DNA of 24,969 nt from Candidatus Helarchaeota archaeon (GCA_029838215.1 JALGVI010000055.1:1-24969); one strand, 5' to 3'. Counted from the first letter of the stretch, positions 1-10,332 are shown. The notes: a model not told the origin generated them from the sequence alone. Made by a program: numbers and translations.

Positions 1-789
1 GATAAAGAAGGACTTTTCAAGGTCGCGAGGTCTAAGGACGGTTTGTTAGTTATGTGGCTCCGACTTCTTAAGTTTCTCAGGGAAAATGATCTCTTGGATG
101 TCATCGAGTGGATCGATCCCATTAATGAGTGGCCGATGAGTTATCCCGATCCTGGCAAGAACTTATGGCTTGCTCAGTTTCGGCGAGGAAAATTGGTTCA
201 ATGGACAAATGATTTTCTGAAACACGTTTTAAAAGGGCTTAAAAGAGAGTTTACAGACATGAAGTACACTTTTTCTTTCGGAATCGGGACGTTTCCACGT
301 CAAAAAGAGAAGAGGAAGCTTGATTTGAGCGGTTTCGATTTGCTTGAACTACATGCTTGGCTTACAGATTACCGTAAATATCGTTGGGGGACGTGGCACG
401 AATTATATGGTTTCTCAAAGATGCTTCCTTGGAAATTTAGCATTGATCGGTTTGCGAAAAAAGCAAAATCCTTGTTTTATAAGAACGAAGTGGAATTATT
501 GGATTATCTTCAAGCCGAATTACAATCACAGGCAGAGTGGGCAAAAGAATTGGGAATACCTCTCTATATTTCAGAAGGTTTCATAACCCTATTCTATGAA
601 AATGGTGAAACCGGATCTAAAGTTGATGTATGGGAGTGGTACAGGGATGCTACTGAAAAGTGTCACTCCATTGCCATCGGCGCGGGTCCTGATGGACTTT
701 GCACGAGCAATTTTTCTGAACCTCTTTTCAAGATGTGGGACGAACCACGATGGCACGAGAAATTAAATGAGAATTTTTTGAACAAGTAA
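1..789 (+). CDS. Cellulase-like (GH-A clan, sugar-binding cellulase-like family) glycoside hydrolase, 5'-partial
   Basis: Frame is open from base 1 (DKEGLFKVARSKDG...) to TAA at 787-789. Has an NEW motif (putative acid/base Glu), LELHAW, ISEG (putative nucleophile) and a C-terminal LCTSNFSEPLFKMWDEPRWH resembling the CTSNF..P.F.GMW.D..WH end of this family. Confidence 0.65.
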   Translation, partial: DKEGLFKVARSKDGLLVMWLRLLKFLRENDLLDVIEWIDPINEWPMSYPDPGKNLWLAQFRRGKLVQWTNDFLKHVLKGLKREFTDMKYTFSFGIGTFPRQKEKRKLDLSGFDLLELHAWLTDYRKYRWGTWHELYGFSKMLPWKFSIDRFAKKAKSLFYKNEVELLDYLQAELQSQAEWAKELGIPLYISEGFITLFYENGETGSKVDVWEWYRDATEKCHSIAIGAGPDGLCTSNFSEPLFKMWDEPRWHEKLNENFLNK

Positions 790-823
790 ATTTCACTAAA
801 TTATCACGTGTAGGGGCGTTCAT

Positions 824-3817
824 TTGAAGCATAAAAAGGCAATCTTTTTCATTGCATCAATAAGCATTGCCATCATTATTGGAATCGTCCCTGCTTTTTT
901 TCCGCCTTCTATAATGGACTATTCACACACTCCCTGGATGGGTGCCGATTTGGCACGAGATATTACTGGAGATGAAGAATATTTCAACCAGACTTATTCT
1001 GAATTCACGAATTCAGGAAATTTAAGCGTGTTCGACTTGCGTGAAAAGTCTTATGAAGAGCAAATAATGCTGACGACATTGCAGGGCTTGGTAAATCAAG
1101 AAAATGCCGAATTATTTTTGATATATCGAGACACGGACTATCTTTGGTTACAACAACTAAATAGTTCTCATGGAATCAATTATACTTATCCGTTCAATTC
1201 TTCTGTCTGGGATGTTGTTGATCGCTATAATGCGACCATTCAAGGTCTTATCATATACGATGAAAACCTGCTAGACACCGTGAACGTAGCCACGTTCTTG
1301 GCTGGAGTCTATAATTGCGTCGTAGTTCGATCAAACATGGCTACAAACTTCACGGGTTTTGGAATCTCCGTTACAGTTGACCTGCGAAGCACGTTTACGT
1401 CCAGGGTGCAATTGTATTCTTGGGCTTGGAACAATTATCAACAAAACGCAACGAAAAAGATTGCATGCAGTCTTGATCCAAACCAGACATTTTTTCGAGA
1501 TTATATCGTGGCTTCGAAAATCTTTACATTTTTCCTTTCAGGAGGTCCATTTGGTCCTGTAGATGAAATTAACCTTTTCAAGGCAATCTTAAGCCAATAT
1601 CCTGCAAACATTCCCGTTTTTGGATGGTTCACCGATCCCGGTGGTGCACTCGGTGAGTATGAATCCGTGAAAATCCTTTCAAAAAATGGCAAATATAGCT
1701 TGTGTGCCGCCATTCCGGACCTGACGATTTTTAGCTCCATCAAGGGCGTTTCATTACAGCAGAAATCCGTGGCTTTTGATCCGACAACATATCCATTTCA
1801 GAATAAAATATACGTATCGGTTATTGTGAGCGATGGTGATAACGTGAATTATTGTGCGGATCGGTTAAGGCAGAATTGGGACGATCCGAATCGAGGAACG
1901 GTTCCGATAGGAATTACTTTAGAACCTGCAATGTTCAAGTTTTTTCCCACCTGTCTTGATTATTACTATAACTCTGCCACGACTAATGAATATTTTTTAG
2001 CAGGTCCTTCTGGAGCCGGATATTGTTACGTTGATCTCAATCCTGTTTTCCCTTCTTATTTGAACATCACGAAACACGCAATGGATCGGGCTGACATGCA
2101 CCAAGCTTGGTTGTTGAATGGTTATGAGCCGTTTCAACTTCAATATTCTGATGAAGTCATTCGTGCTTATGCTTCGGAAAATTGCAATTTTACGGGTCTT
2201 TATTTGAATTACCACGATTATCCAGCAGAATTAAATTACGTGGTAAATGATGTCCCTGTTTTTCAATCCGTATTTGTTGAACGTCCTAACGAGCTTGTTG
2301 GTAAACTCCAATCTATCCGCCTTGCCAGTCCCAATACTCCCGTCTTCGTCTTTGTCGGTTATTGGGCTTGGGATTTCTCTTTCACGGCTCTAAAAAATGC
2401 CGCAGATCAATTGGGTTCTGATTTCGTCTTTTTGAGACCAGATCAGTTTGCGGAGCTATACAAGATGTATCATTTACCTGAAGGAATGCAAGCAGGGATG
2501 GAGTTCATCACCTTTATTTGGACCGGATTAATACCGCTTTTCGGAGCATCGATTGGGCTGGTGGTTTTTTGGCTATTTCGCAAGAAAAATGACAAAAATG
2601 GAACCTCAATTCGTGATGAAATCCCCTCATTGATTGAAAAGGCAGTGTTATTCATGGTTGATTTTATCTTGCTTCTACTGATTCGATATTGCTTTTTTTC
2701 CACGATTTTACAACTATTGTATTTCGTTTACTTGCTGATTTCAATTACAATCGGAATTATCTTGAAAAAATACATGGATCGCTTGCTTGGTGTTCGGGAG
2801 AACTTCATTTTCTCAATGGGAATGGTTTCTGTTGGAGGCTTCCTATTTCTCCTAGATCCTAAATTAGCCATCATCACTGGATTCCCCATCGGAATGCTGT
2901 TAATGCATCAGATTCAATCAACTTTGCAGGTAACTTCTGATGGAAAACGGGATGGTAGAGATTTTATTTACTGCATGTTAATCTCGATTGTTCTAATCTT
3001 GCTGATACCATCTGAATATTATTTTGCGGCTTTGTTCGTCGGCACGATTATTGCTGCGTTCGTTAATGGTCTGGGAATTTATAATTTTTATATTAAAATA
3101 AAAAACGATGAACCGCTTCCATCTATGGGAACGAACATCAAGTTTTGGTATCCAAGTGGCGTGGCTTTTGGTTTTCTTCTCATGTTTCTATTAGCTCCAA
3201 CCATGAGCCCCGAAAACTTATTTTTTCATCTTTTCTGGGGCATTTTATTTTTTCCAACCCGTTTGACACTTTCCTTTTCCATCGCAACATTATACTTGTG
3301 TGCAATTCTGCTCTTTGAAATTCTTTACCTTCGCCATTCTAGATTAATGCAAGATTGGCGTGTCAGTCTTTCACTAATGGCTGGAGCTATTCTTACGTAT
3401 ATTCTCATCCCCATTTTTCTTGACGGAATTCTTGCATTTTTCTTGAGTAATTTTATCTTCATCTTTAGCATGCTAACTACTTGTAATAATGTTCTTAGGA
3501 TATTTCGGCAACCGCCAATGGATTTCACGAAGGATGTCTTGAATCCAAAACCAAATTCACTTAGCGGTTTCACGTCTCAATTCTTATTTTGGTCAATGAT
3601 GGGTTTGTTCTTGACTTTTCTTTATCCATCCATTCTCGTAGTCGATAATCAAGAAATTCTCGCGGCAATTGGAATGACTGGCACGAGTCAGTTGGTTTGG
3701 TCCTCTGTTGTTTGGTTGATTTTCTATTTACCGAATATTTACTTATTTTTGGAAGTACCCGTTACAATTTTTGTCCTGACCGTCGGGTTCATCTCTCTTT
3801 TTCTAAATTTTGCATGA
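824..3817 (+). CDS. GxGYxYP-domain putative glycoside hydrolase with N-terminal signal/anchor and large C-terminal multi-pass membrane domain
   Basis: N-terminal hydrophobic helix. Motifs LQGLVNQ, SDGDN and AGPSGAGYCY (GxGYxY). About 11 N-x-S/T sequons in the soluble part. Roughly 11-12 hydrophobic helices from ~residue 560 onward. Confidence 0.75.
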   Translation: MKHKKAIFFIASISIAIIIGIVPAFFPPSIMDYSHTPWMGADLARDITGDEEYFNQTYSEFTNSGNLSVFDLREKSYEEQIMLTTLQGLVNQENAELFLIYRDTDYLWLQQLNSSHGINYTYPFNSSVWDVVDRYNATIQGLIIYDENLLDTVNVATFLAGVYNCVVVRSNMATNFTGFGISVTVDLRSTFTSRVQLYSWAWNNYQQNATKKIACSLDPNQTFFRDYIVASKIFTFFLSGGPFGPVDEINLFKAILSQYPANIPVFGWFTDPGGALGEYESVKILSKNGKYSLCAAIPDLTIFSSIKGVSLQQKSVAFDPTTYPFQNKIYVSVIVSDGDNVNYCADRLRQNWDDPNRGTVPIGITLEPAMFKFFPTCLDYYYNSATTNEYFLAGPSGAGYCYVDLNPVFPSYLNITKHAMDRADMHQAWLLNGYEPFQLQYSDEVIRAYASENCNFTGLYLNYHDYPAELNYVVNDVPVFQSVFVERPNELVGKLQSIRLASPNTPVFVFVGYWAWDFSFTALKNAADQLGSDFVFLRPDQFAELYKMYHLPEGMQAGMEFITFIWTGLIPLFGASIGLVVFWLFRKKNDKNGTSIRDEIPSLIEKAVLFMVDFILLLLIRYCFFSTILQLLYFVYLLISITIGIILKKYMDRLLGVRENFIFSMGMVSVGGFLFLLDPKLAIITGFPIGMLLMHQIQSTLQVTSDGKRDGRDFIYCMLISIVLILLIPSEYYFAALFVGTIIAAFVNGLGIYNFYIKIKNDEPLPSMGTNIKFWYPSGVAFGFLLMFLLAPTMSPENLFFHLFWGILFFPTRLTLSFSIATLYLCAILLFEILYLRHSRLMQDWRVSLSLMAGAILTYILIPIFLDGILAFFLSNFIFIFSMLTTCNNVLRIFRQPPMDFTKDVLNPKPNSLSGFTSQFLFWSMMGLFLTFLYPSILVVDNQEILAAIGMTGTSQLVWSSVVWLIFYLPNIYLFLEVPVTIFVLTVGFISLFLNFA

Positions 3818-3945
3818 ATTATCACCTTCAATATTCAATCTCTTTCGAATAGCTTAAAAATGAAAATTCTTCTTCTTTTAATACTATATAAGTTTTCAAT
3901 GAGGGCGCAAAAAAATAATATTCTGCTCTAATTGGTGTTGATAAA

Positions 3946-4689
3946 ATGGTAATTTGGGATAAATCCGATGAAATTGTTGATAAAATCAATGGTCTTTATG
4001 TTGTTTTTATCATCATAGGACTTTCCTGCTTGAATCTTATTCCTATCTTTTACTATATTGGGATTTTTAGTCCGAGTAATGCAGTTCTTCCGTTAATCGC
4101 TTTAATTTGCGGAGTCATTTCTGCACTCTTATACCAATGGTTCGTGGTTCCAAAGATCGAGAATAATGAAATGAATGAGATGATGCCATATATTTGGTTC
4201 ATCATTTGCGTCGTGCTTGCATGGATGGGTATCATGAGCGGCTTTTTCGGCATGTGGACCGGAATTCTCCTGACAATTTTATTTGTTTTCAAGGGGATTT
4301 TAGGCGAACAAGTTATTTGGGAAGCTTTTGGTGGCGGTGGTGAAGGAAAAATCAAACCGAAGAAAAAGCCCGAACCAAAGAAGAAAGAAGCCCCTAAAAT
4401 AAGACCGAAACCCGAGCCCGAGCCTGAGCCTGAACCCGAGCCTGAGCCTGAACCCGAGCCTGAGCCTGAACCCGAGCCTGAGCCTGAGCCTGAACCCGAG
4501 CCTGAGCCTGAGCCTGAACCCGAGCCTGAGCCTGAACCCGAGCCCGAGCCTGAGCCCGAGCCCGAACCGAAACCCAAGAAACCTGCAAAAAAAGCGAAAA
4601 AGAAGAAGAAAACAACCAAGAAGAAAAAGAAAACAACCAAAAAGAAGAAGAAAGCAAAAAAATCAAGCAAAAAGCCTAAAAAAACATGA
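3946..4689 (+). CDS. Hypothetical membrane protein: ~4 TM helices, (Pro-Glu)26 repeat and Lys-rich C-terminal tail
   Basis: ATG preceded by GGTGTTGA and a TATA-like CTATATAAG near 3884-3892. Four hydrophobic segments, then a GGGGEG hinge, the PE repeat and the KKKKKTT tail. A T-rich tract follows the stop. Confidence 0.85.
   Translation: MVIWDKSDEIVDKINGLYVVFIIIGLSCLNLIPIFYYIGIFSPSNAVLPLIALICGVISALLYQWFVVPKIENNEMNEMMPYIWFIICVVLAWMGIMSGFFGMWTGILLTILFVFKGILGEQVIWEAFGGGGEGKIKPKKKPEPKKKEAPKIRPKPEPEPEPEPEPEPEPEPEPEPEPEPEPEPEPEPEPEPEPEPEPEPEPEPEPEPKPKKPAKKAKKKKKTTKKKKKTTKKKKKAKKSSKKPKKT
4411..4566 (+). repeat. Coding hexamer tandem repeat, 26 x CC(C/T)GA(G/A), encoding (PE)26
   Basis: Counted directly. 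Includes higher-order 18-bp (CCTGAGCCTGAACCCGAG) and 24-bp units. Confidence 0.97.
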
Positions 4690-4692
4690 AAT

Positions 4693-4718
4693 CCTTTTTT
4701 ATTTTTTATTTTTTGTTT
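4693..4718 (+). terminator. Archaeal T-tract terminator candidate
   Basis: CCTTTTTTATTTTTTATTTTTTGTTT immediately after the stop of 3946-4689. Confidence 0.55.
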
Positions 4719-4896
4719 CAGGAAATATTGAAATTCATCGTTCTGTTTTTAAAAGGAATTTTATTTTATAAAGATTTCAATTTATAGATATTTTTTTGAA
4801 TCTAGATTCTATTTCTGATTTCAAAGGAATTTCATGAGCTGAGATTGATTTAAATGACTGATGGTAAGATTTAGACGTGAGGTAATTTCTTTGGAT

Positions 4897-5415
4897 ATGG
4901 ATGAGAAAATCATAAAATCCGTTCAAGAGAAGTTGGATGAGAGTAAAGAAGTCAAGATTAGAGGATATACGAAAGCTGATTATGAAGAAGTCAAAATTTT
5001 AATGATGGACTTAGCTGAAATATATAACACTAGGTTTAATGAAGGGATATGGAAGAAAGCTATTGAAAAGAGGCAATATAATCGAGAAAAGCTTACCATT
5101 GTTGCAGAATACAAGAAACATGTTGTTGGTGTTTGTTTCGTCGATTTTCATTGGAATGACCTCGGTCTTTTTATCGGCACGATCAAGCACATGATGATAA
5201 AGAAAGATGCCAGGGGCATGGGAATTGGTCGCAAGATGACCGTTCATATCATGCAATTGTTGATGAAGATGAACGTGGATAAGGTTCGAATAAACATTGC
5301 TGAAGCCACTAAAGATCTGGAGAAATATTTTGCAATTTTTGGATTTAAACCAATTTATTTTGCCTTAGAACGAGATGCCAAAAACGTGAAGTTTCCTTTC
5401 AGCATTAAAGAATGA
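4897..5415 (+). CDS. GNAT-family N-acetyltransferase
   Basis: Acetyl-CoA motif ARGMGIG and beta-strand TIVAEYKKHVVGVCFV. The ORF is open from 4861, but GAGGT at 4879-4883 favours a start at TTG 4891 or ATG 4897. Confidence 0.8.
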   Translation: MDEKIIKSVQEKLDESKEVKIRGYTKADYEEVKILMMDLAEIYNTRFNEGIWKKAIEKRQYNREKLTIVAEYKKHVVGVCFVDFHWNDLGLFIGTIKHMMIKKDARGMGIGRKMTVHIMQLLMKMNVDKVRINIAEATKDLEKYFAIFGFKPIYFALERDAKNVKFPFSIKE

Positions 5416-5696
5416 ATCGAAGCAATTGATTTTATGAACGTGAGTTGCACGCGGTCCATTCTTGTCTGTCCTAAAAAATGATGTGAAAATTTATCTTCTA
5501 AAAGCAAATTTCATTAGAATTGGTCGTTCTTTCGTTTTTTCAATTTTGTCGTTTTAAACAAATTTACGTGATGAATGGATTCATGCTAAATTCTCATGAA
5601 ATCAGAAAGTTTTTAAGCAAATTCACTACTGTCTTGTATCTATCTGATGTACGACTATTTTATCCTTTTTAAGTTCGACAAGTTTTCACGATTTGA

Positions 5697-6848
5697 TTGA
5701 AATTGATGGGGCAATTACAGGGATTTGACATCTTAAAATCCTGTTATCAATGCGGAAAGTGCACTGGTTTTTGTCCTTTGAGCATGTTCGGCAATTTTTC
5801 ACCTCGAATCATTGCAAGAGACTTTTTAATTGATTCAAAACCATCGCAAAAAATATGGAAATGCCTCACGTGTGATCTTTGTTCTACTAATTGTCCCATG
5901 GATATTAAATTTTCGGAATTTATATTGTCTTGCCGCCTTCACTCCAACGAATTGGGTTTAGAGAAACCCGAAGAAGCTCATTCTTGCTATTTTTCGAGCA
6001 TTTCGAAATTCATGTCTCATGAGGTACTTCAACCCAAACGACATGTTGACATTTCGAGCGATATCAAGCACGTAAAGACGGGTGATATTTTATTCTTTAG
6101 GGGCTGCGTGCCTTTTTTCAATCTTGAATCTCACGTTTCAGGGCTTGAAAAGGATTATACTATTTTCTCGAGAAGTGTGGTCCGTCTTCTGAATTATCTT
6201 GATATAAAACCGATCTTGCTTGAAAACGAACGCTGTTGCGGACACGACGCGTTGTGGCAGGGTGATTTCACGACATTCGAGCGACTGGCAAGGCTCAATA
6301 TCGATTCAATTGAGAAGACAGGCGCAAAACTGGTGATCTTCAACTGTGCTGAAGGCTATCGAACATTCAAGATCGATTATCCCAATTATTTTGGTAAATT
6401 GAACTTTCAAGTAATTTCATTTCCCGAATTTTTGGATCGCACGTTGAAAGAAAGTGGAAAAGTCCTTCGATCTTTTCGTGACATTTCCGTGACATATCAT
6501 GACCCCTGCAGATTAGGGCGGCAATTAAAAGTCTTTGATGCTCCACGTGACGTGCTTAAAAACATTGATGGAGTAAAACTCTTAGAAATGGAAAACAATC
6601 GTGAACAAGCCAGTTGTTGTGGTGTTAATAGTTGGTTGAATTGCAATCAAGAAAGCAAAGCCCTTCGCAAAATGAGATTACAAGAAGCTGAAGATACTGG
6701 TTCTGATTATTTAATCACGACTTGTCCTAAATGTCAGGTTCATTTCAACTGCTTGAAGAAAGAACTTGTAAAAGAAAATAAGCAAGAATTCAAGATTGAA
6801 ATAAAGGATTTTGCAGTCTTTATTGCCGAAGCGTTGAATTTGATATGA
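5697..6848 (+). CDS. hdrD: HdrD-like (HdrC-HdrB fusion type) Fe-S oxidoreductase: 2x[4Fe-4S] + two CCG domains
   Basis: CYQCGKCTGFCP and CLTCDLCSTNCP. CCG domains GC...CCGH...NCAEG and HDPCRLGR...SCCG...TTCPKC. Start is TTG 5697 or ATG 5706. Confidence 0.85.
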   Translation: MKLMGQLQGFDILKSCYQCGKCTGFCPLSMFGNFSPRIIARDFLIDSKPSQKIWKCLTCDLCSTNCPMDIKFSEFILSCRLHSNELGLEKPEEAHSCYFSSISKFMSHEVLQPKRHVDISSDIKHVKTGDILFFRGCVPFFNLESHVSGLEKDYTIFSRSVVRLLNYLDIKPILLENERCCGHDALWQGDFTTFERLARLNIDSIEKTGAKLVIFNCAEGYRTFKIDYPNYFGKLNFQVISFPEFLDRTLKESGKVLRSFRDISVTYHDPCRLGRQLKVFDAPRDVLKNIDGVKLLEMENNREQASCCGVNSWLNCNQESKALRKMRLQEAEDTGSDYLITTCPKCQVHFNCLKKELVKENKQEFKIEIKDFAVFIAEALNLI

Positions 6849-6857
6849 TGATGTCTC

Positions 6858-9800
6858 ATGGCTGAAAAAAGGAGTCCCATTGTGGTCATAGGAGGCGGTA
6901 TTGCAGGCATTCAAGCAGCATTGGATCTCGTCGATTCCGGATTCGATGTAGAGATCATTGACCGTGAAGCCAGCCTGGGAGGCTTGATCAGCAAGCTAGA
7001 CATCATGTTTCCAACTCATAATTGTCGTTTTTGCACGATCAATCCCGAATTCGTTAAAAGGGCAAGGTATGAAAACCTTACAATTCACGTTAATGCAGAA
7101 ATAAAAGAAGTTGAAGGGTCGTTCGGCAATTTTTCCGTAACCGTTGAGAAATCTTGGAATTTCTGCGATGAAAAAAGATGTAATAACTGCGGTAAATGCG
7201 TTGACTTTTGTTTGAATGAGATTCCCAATGGAAATTTTGCCTTATTAAAAGAAAAGCACCTTCCTTTTTTCAAATATACATTCCGATGTCGTCCCATTCC
7301 CAATCATTTCCATTTTGATCCCGAAATTTGCCTGACCTGTAAAAAATGTCAGGAAATCTGTGACTTGAACGCATTAGATTTCTCCCGCGAAAAAGAAACC
7401 ATCGAAATCGATGCGGCAGCCATCGTGATTTCCACCGGACTGCCAATGTTAGATGCATCGAACTTGAAATCATACAATATGGGTAAGTTTCCTAACATTA
7501 TAACGGGTCTGGAGCTTGAACGCATTTTGAGCCCTCTCGGACCAACGAAAGGAAAGTTAAAGAGACCTCATGATTCTGTCTTTCCGAAAAGAATTGCATG
7601 GCTTTTGTGTGTTGGATCGCGTGATCGCAGGTCCGGTAACAATTATTGTTCACGCATTTGCTGTGAATATTCAATGAAGGAAGTCTTGATGGTAAATGAT
7701 CGATTTCCCGAAATTGAATGTTCCATCTTTTACATGGACCTGCGTATTTCCGAAAAAAACTACGTGCAATATTTGAAACAGGTTAAAGAATCAAGTAATA
7801 TCAGACTCATTTCCGGAAAAGTCTCCTTTATTGAGGAAGATCCCATGTCGAAGAATCTTTACTTGTATTATGAAGATCGAACGACAAATAAATCCCTGAT
7901 ATCTGAGTTTGATTTAGTTGTGCTGGCAACAGGACATGAAGCTACTGCCAGAAGTCTAGAATTAGCAAATATTTTGAATATTGAGTTGGATCAAAATGGT
8001 TTCTATTCATTTGACCCCTTGAAACCAACTGAAACCAATATCCCTGGCGTATATACTTGTGGTTCTTTCACTATGCCCCGAACAATATCTGAGTGCATCG
8101 TATCTGCAAACGCCGTTGCAGGATGTATTTCGAACAGATTATCTTTCTTGAAGGTTCCTTCTCAACAAGTAGTCGTGCATGGGGAACTTTCAGGATCGAA
8201 AAATGAAGAAAGAATCGGTATCTTTATCTGTAATTGTAATGGTCAAATTTCTGACAACGTCAAGATGGATGATGTTATAAAATCAGTCAGCAATTGCAAT
8301 GACGTGAAATTCACGAGTAATGATTTTAATGCATGTGAAAATGCCGATATTTCAAGAATAAAAGAAATAATAAAACTAAATGGGTTGAACCGAGTAGTTT
8401 TTGGTGCATGTCAACCGACAATTTACGAAAAACAAATCAAACAAGAAATCGTTAAGACGGGTTTAAACCCTGATTTAGTGGAGATCGTTAACATACGTGA
8501 GAATTGTTGTTTAACACATGGAAACGACTTGAACTTGGCAACACGAACCACTATAGATCAAATTTTGATCGCTTTATCACGGATTACTGATGTAATTCCT
8601 AATTCAACCATCACGCTCTCTTGCATTAAATCCGTTCTCATTATTGGAGGGGGATTGGCAGGATTGGTCGTGGCTCGGGAATTGGCCAGCCAAGGTATCG
8701 ACTTGTATGTTGTTGAAAAAGAGGGCGAATTGGGTGGAATGCTGAAAAAGATTAACTTGTTGATAGAAGGTCCCGACCCCCAAATTTTTTTGAAATCATT
8801 GAAAAAATCCGTAAATTCTTGGGATAACGTTCACGTTTTCTTAAACTCAGAATTGAAATGCGTGGAAGGACATGTCGGTAATTTCCGCGTTGAGCTAGTC
8901 CAAAATGACAAATGCTTGAATTTCAGAGTCGGGGCGATTGTTATTGCTACTGGGGCAAGAGAATACAAGCCTACTTCTCTAAAAACTCCCGAAACACCTT
9001 TGATAATTAGCCAATTTGAACTCGAACGTAAGATAAAAAATGATGAAAAAATCGGTAATGACCTGATAATGCTGACTCATCCCGAAGATCTTCATTTGAA
9101 TTATCGGCGCTTCAGCAAGATTTCCGTGATTCAAGCTTTAAAGAACGCAATTTTTTTGAAAAACATCAATCAAGATAAAGAAATTGTTGTTTTAACTCGA
9201 AATATCGATCTTTTCGGCACTTATGAAAAATATTACGAAAAAGCCCGTGAGATGGGCATCAATTTCATCCGATTGAGAGAAAACGGCTACCCCGACATCT
9301 CAACGCTCAATGATCGCGTGAAGATCAAATTCCGTGACGAATCAGGGGAGGAAAAGACACTCTTCTCGGATTTATTAGTCCTTAGTTCGGGACTAATGGA
9401 AAACGGAAATGAAAAACTTGCAAGAATATTAAATGTTCCGTTGGATGATGATTTCTTTTTCAAATTACGTGATTCGAAATTACATCCTGTAGAGACCGTG
9501 GTTCCGGGGATCTTTGCGTGTGGGACTGCAACGGGTGCAAGGTTGGTGTATGAAACAATACTTGAAGCCCTTGCTGTATCTTCAAAGATATCCATTCTTT
9601 TAAAGAATGATGTCGTGCAGTTCAGGAAAAATTTCGCTGAAATTGATCCCGACACGTGTATTGGTTGCGGGTCGTGTGCTGAAATTTGTCCGATAGGAGC
9701 AATATCACTTATACATTTATCAAGACAACTGGGAGAGATACTGCTTGAAATGAGAATTTCGGAAGTTGACCCTGTAAAATGCTTGGGATGTGGTACCTGC

Positions 9801-9902
9801 GTGCCGAGGTGTCCTGTTGGGGCGATAAAACAAAAGAACCTATCTCGGGAACAAGTATATATTATGGAAGACATCTTACTAAAAGGTGAAAAGAATAACT
9901 GA
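6858..9902 (+). CDS. hdrA: Long HdrA-like flavoprotein with two FAD modules and ferredoxin domains
   Basis: GGGIAG...FPTHNCRFC, an inserted ferredoxin (CNNCGKC, CLTCKKC), CVGSRD...YCSRICC, an internal IGIFICNC domain, a second GGGLAG module, and C-terminal CIGCGSCAEICP / CLGCGTCVPRCP. Confidence 0.88.
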   Translation: MAEKRSPIVVIGGGIAGIQAALDLVDSGFDVEIIDREASLGGLISKLDIMFPTHNCRFCTINPEFVKRARYENLTIHVNAEIKEVEGSFGNFSVTVEKSWNFCDEKRCNNCGKCVDFCLNEIPNGNFALLKEKHLPFFKYTFRCRPIPNHFHFDPEICLTCKKCQEICDLNALDFSREKETIEIDAAAIVISTGLPMLDASNLKSYNMGKFPNIITGLELERILSPLGPTKGKLKRPHDSVFPKRIAWLLCVGSRDRRSGNNYCSRICCEYSMKEVLMVNDRFPEIECSIFYMDLRISEKNYVQYLKQVKESSNIRLISGKVSFIEEDPMSKNLYLYYEDRTTNKSLISEFDLVVLATGHEATARSLELANILNIELDQNGFYSFDPLKPTETNIPGVYTCGSFTMPRTISECIVSANAVAGCISNRLSFLKVPSQQVVVHGELSGSKNEERIGIFICNCNGQISDNVKMDDVIKSVSNCNDVKFTSNDFNACENADISRIKEIIKLNGLNRVVFGACQPTIYEKQIKQEIVKTGLNPDLVEIVNIRENCCLTHGNDLNLATRTTIDQILIALSRITDVIPNSTITLSCIKSVLIIGGGLAGLVVARELASQGIDLYVVEKEGELGGMLKKINLLIEGPDPQIFLKSLKKSVNSWDNVHVFLNSELKCVEGHVGNFRVELVQNDKCLNFRVGAIVIATGAREYKPTSLKTPETPLIISQFELERKIKNDEKIGNDLIMLTHPEDLHLNYRRFSKISVIQALKNAIFLKNINQDKEIVVLTRNIDLFGTYEKYYEKAREMGINFIRLRENGYPDISTLNDRVKIKFRDESGEEKTLFSDLLVLSSGLMENGNEKLARILNVPLDDDFFFKLRDSKLHPVETVVPGIFACGTATGARLVYETILEALAVSSKISILLKNDVVQFRKNFAEIDPDTCIGCGSCAEICPIGAISLIHLSRQLGEILLEMRISEVDPVKCLGCGTCVPRCPVGAIKQKNLSREQVYIMEDILLKGEKNN

Positions 9903-10332
9903 ACGAAGTATTTTAGCCTTTATTTGCAATTGGTGTGCCCGTGCAGCTCTGGAATCTGCAGCTCTTCATCGAATGGAGTATCCATTTAATGTGAAGTTTA
10001 TCAAATTATCCTGTGTTGGGAGATTGGAACCCATCTTCATTTATAGGGCATTTTTGGAAGGATTTGATGGCATATTGGTATTTGCCTGTCCTCAAAATGA
10101 TTGTCATTATGTCCAAGGTAACATTATCGCTCGAGCCCGAATTGAAAAAATACATGCAACATTAGACTTACTGGGGTTTGATCAGGAGCGATTGAAGGTC
10201 GTTTGGTTAGCTGCAAACGATATTGAAAAGTTTCAAAGATCCATTTTAGAATTCGGAGACCTCCTCGACAAATTGGGGTCTAATCCAATATTCTCGAATT
10301 CAAAAGGAGGTGGTGAGCAGGTTTATGACTGA
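9886..10332 (+). CDS. mvhD: MvhD / hydrogenase iron-sulfur subunit ([2Fe-2S] adaptor), all-Cys form
   Basis: FICNWC, SCVGRLEP, DGILVFAC...DCHY..GN. The GTG start overlaps the upstream hdrA-like stop. Confidence 0.92.
   Translation: MKRITERSILAFICNWCARAALESAALHRMEYPFNVKFIKLSCVGRLEPIFIYRAFLEGFDGILVFACPQNDCHYVQGNIIARARIEKIHATLDLLGFDQERLKVVWLAANDIEKFQRSILEFGDLLDKLGSNPIFSNSKGGGEQVYD

Noticed and set aside
4411-4566. CRISPR-like array
   Set aside because: Contiguous 6-bp coding units with no spacers.
4053-4670. Minus-strand ORFs with (GS)n and (AQARVQ)n repeats
   Set aside because: Antisense shadows of the PE hexamer repeat.
5580-5600. Inverted repeat TTCATG-N9-CATGAA upstream of the hdr operon as an operator
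   Set aside because: Only 6-bp arms in AT-rich DNA and no second copy seen.
9900-10332. Sec readthrough of the UGA stops at 9900-9902 and 10330-10332
   Set aside because: The downstream in-frame sequence is not homologous to anything recognisable and soon stops; both proteins are already complete.
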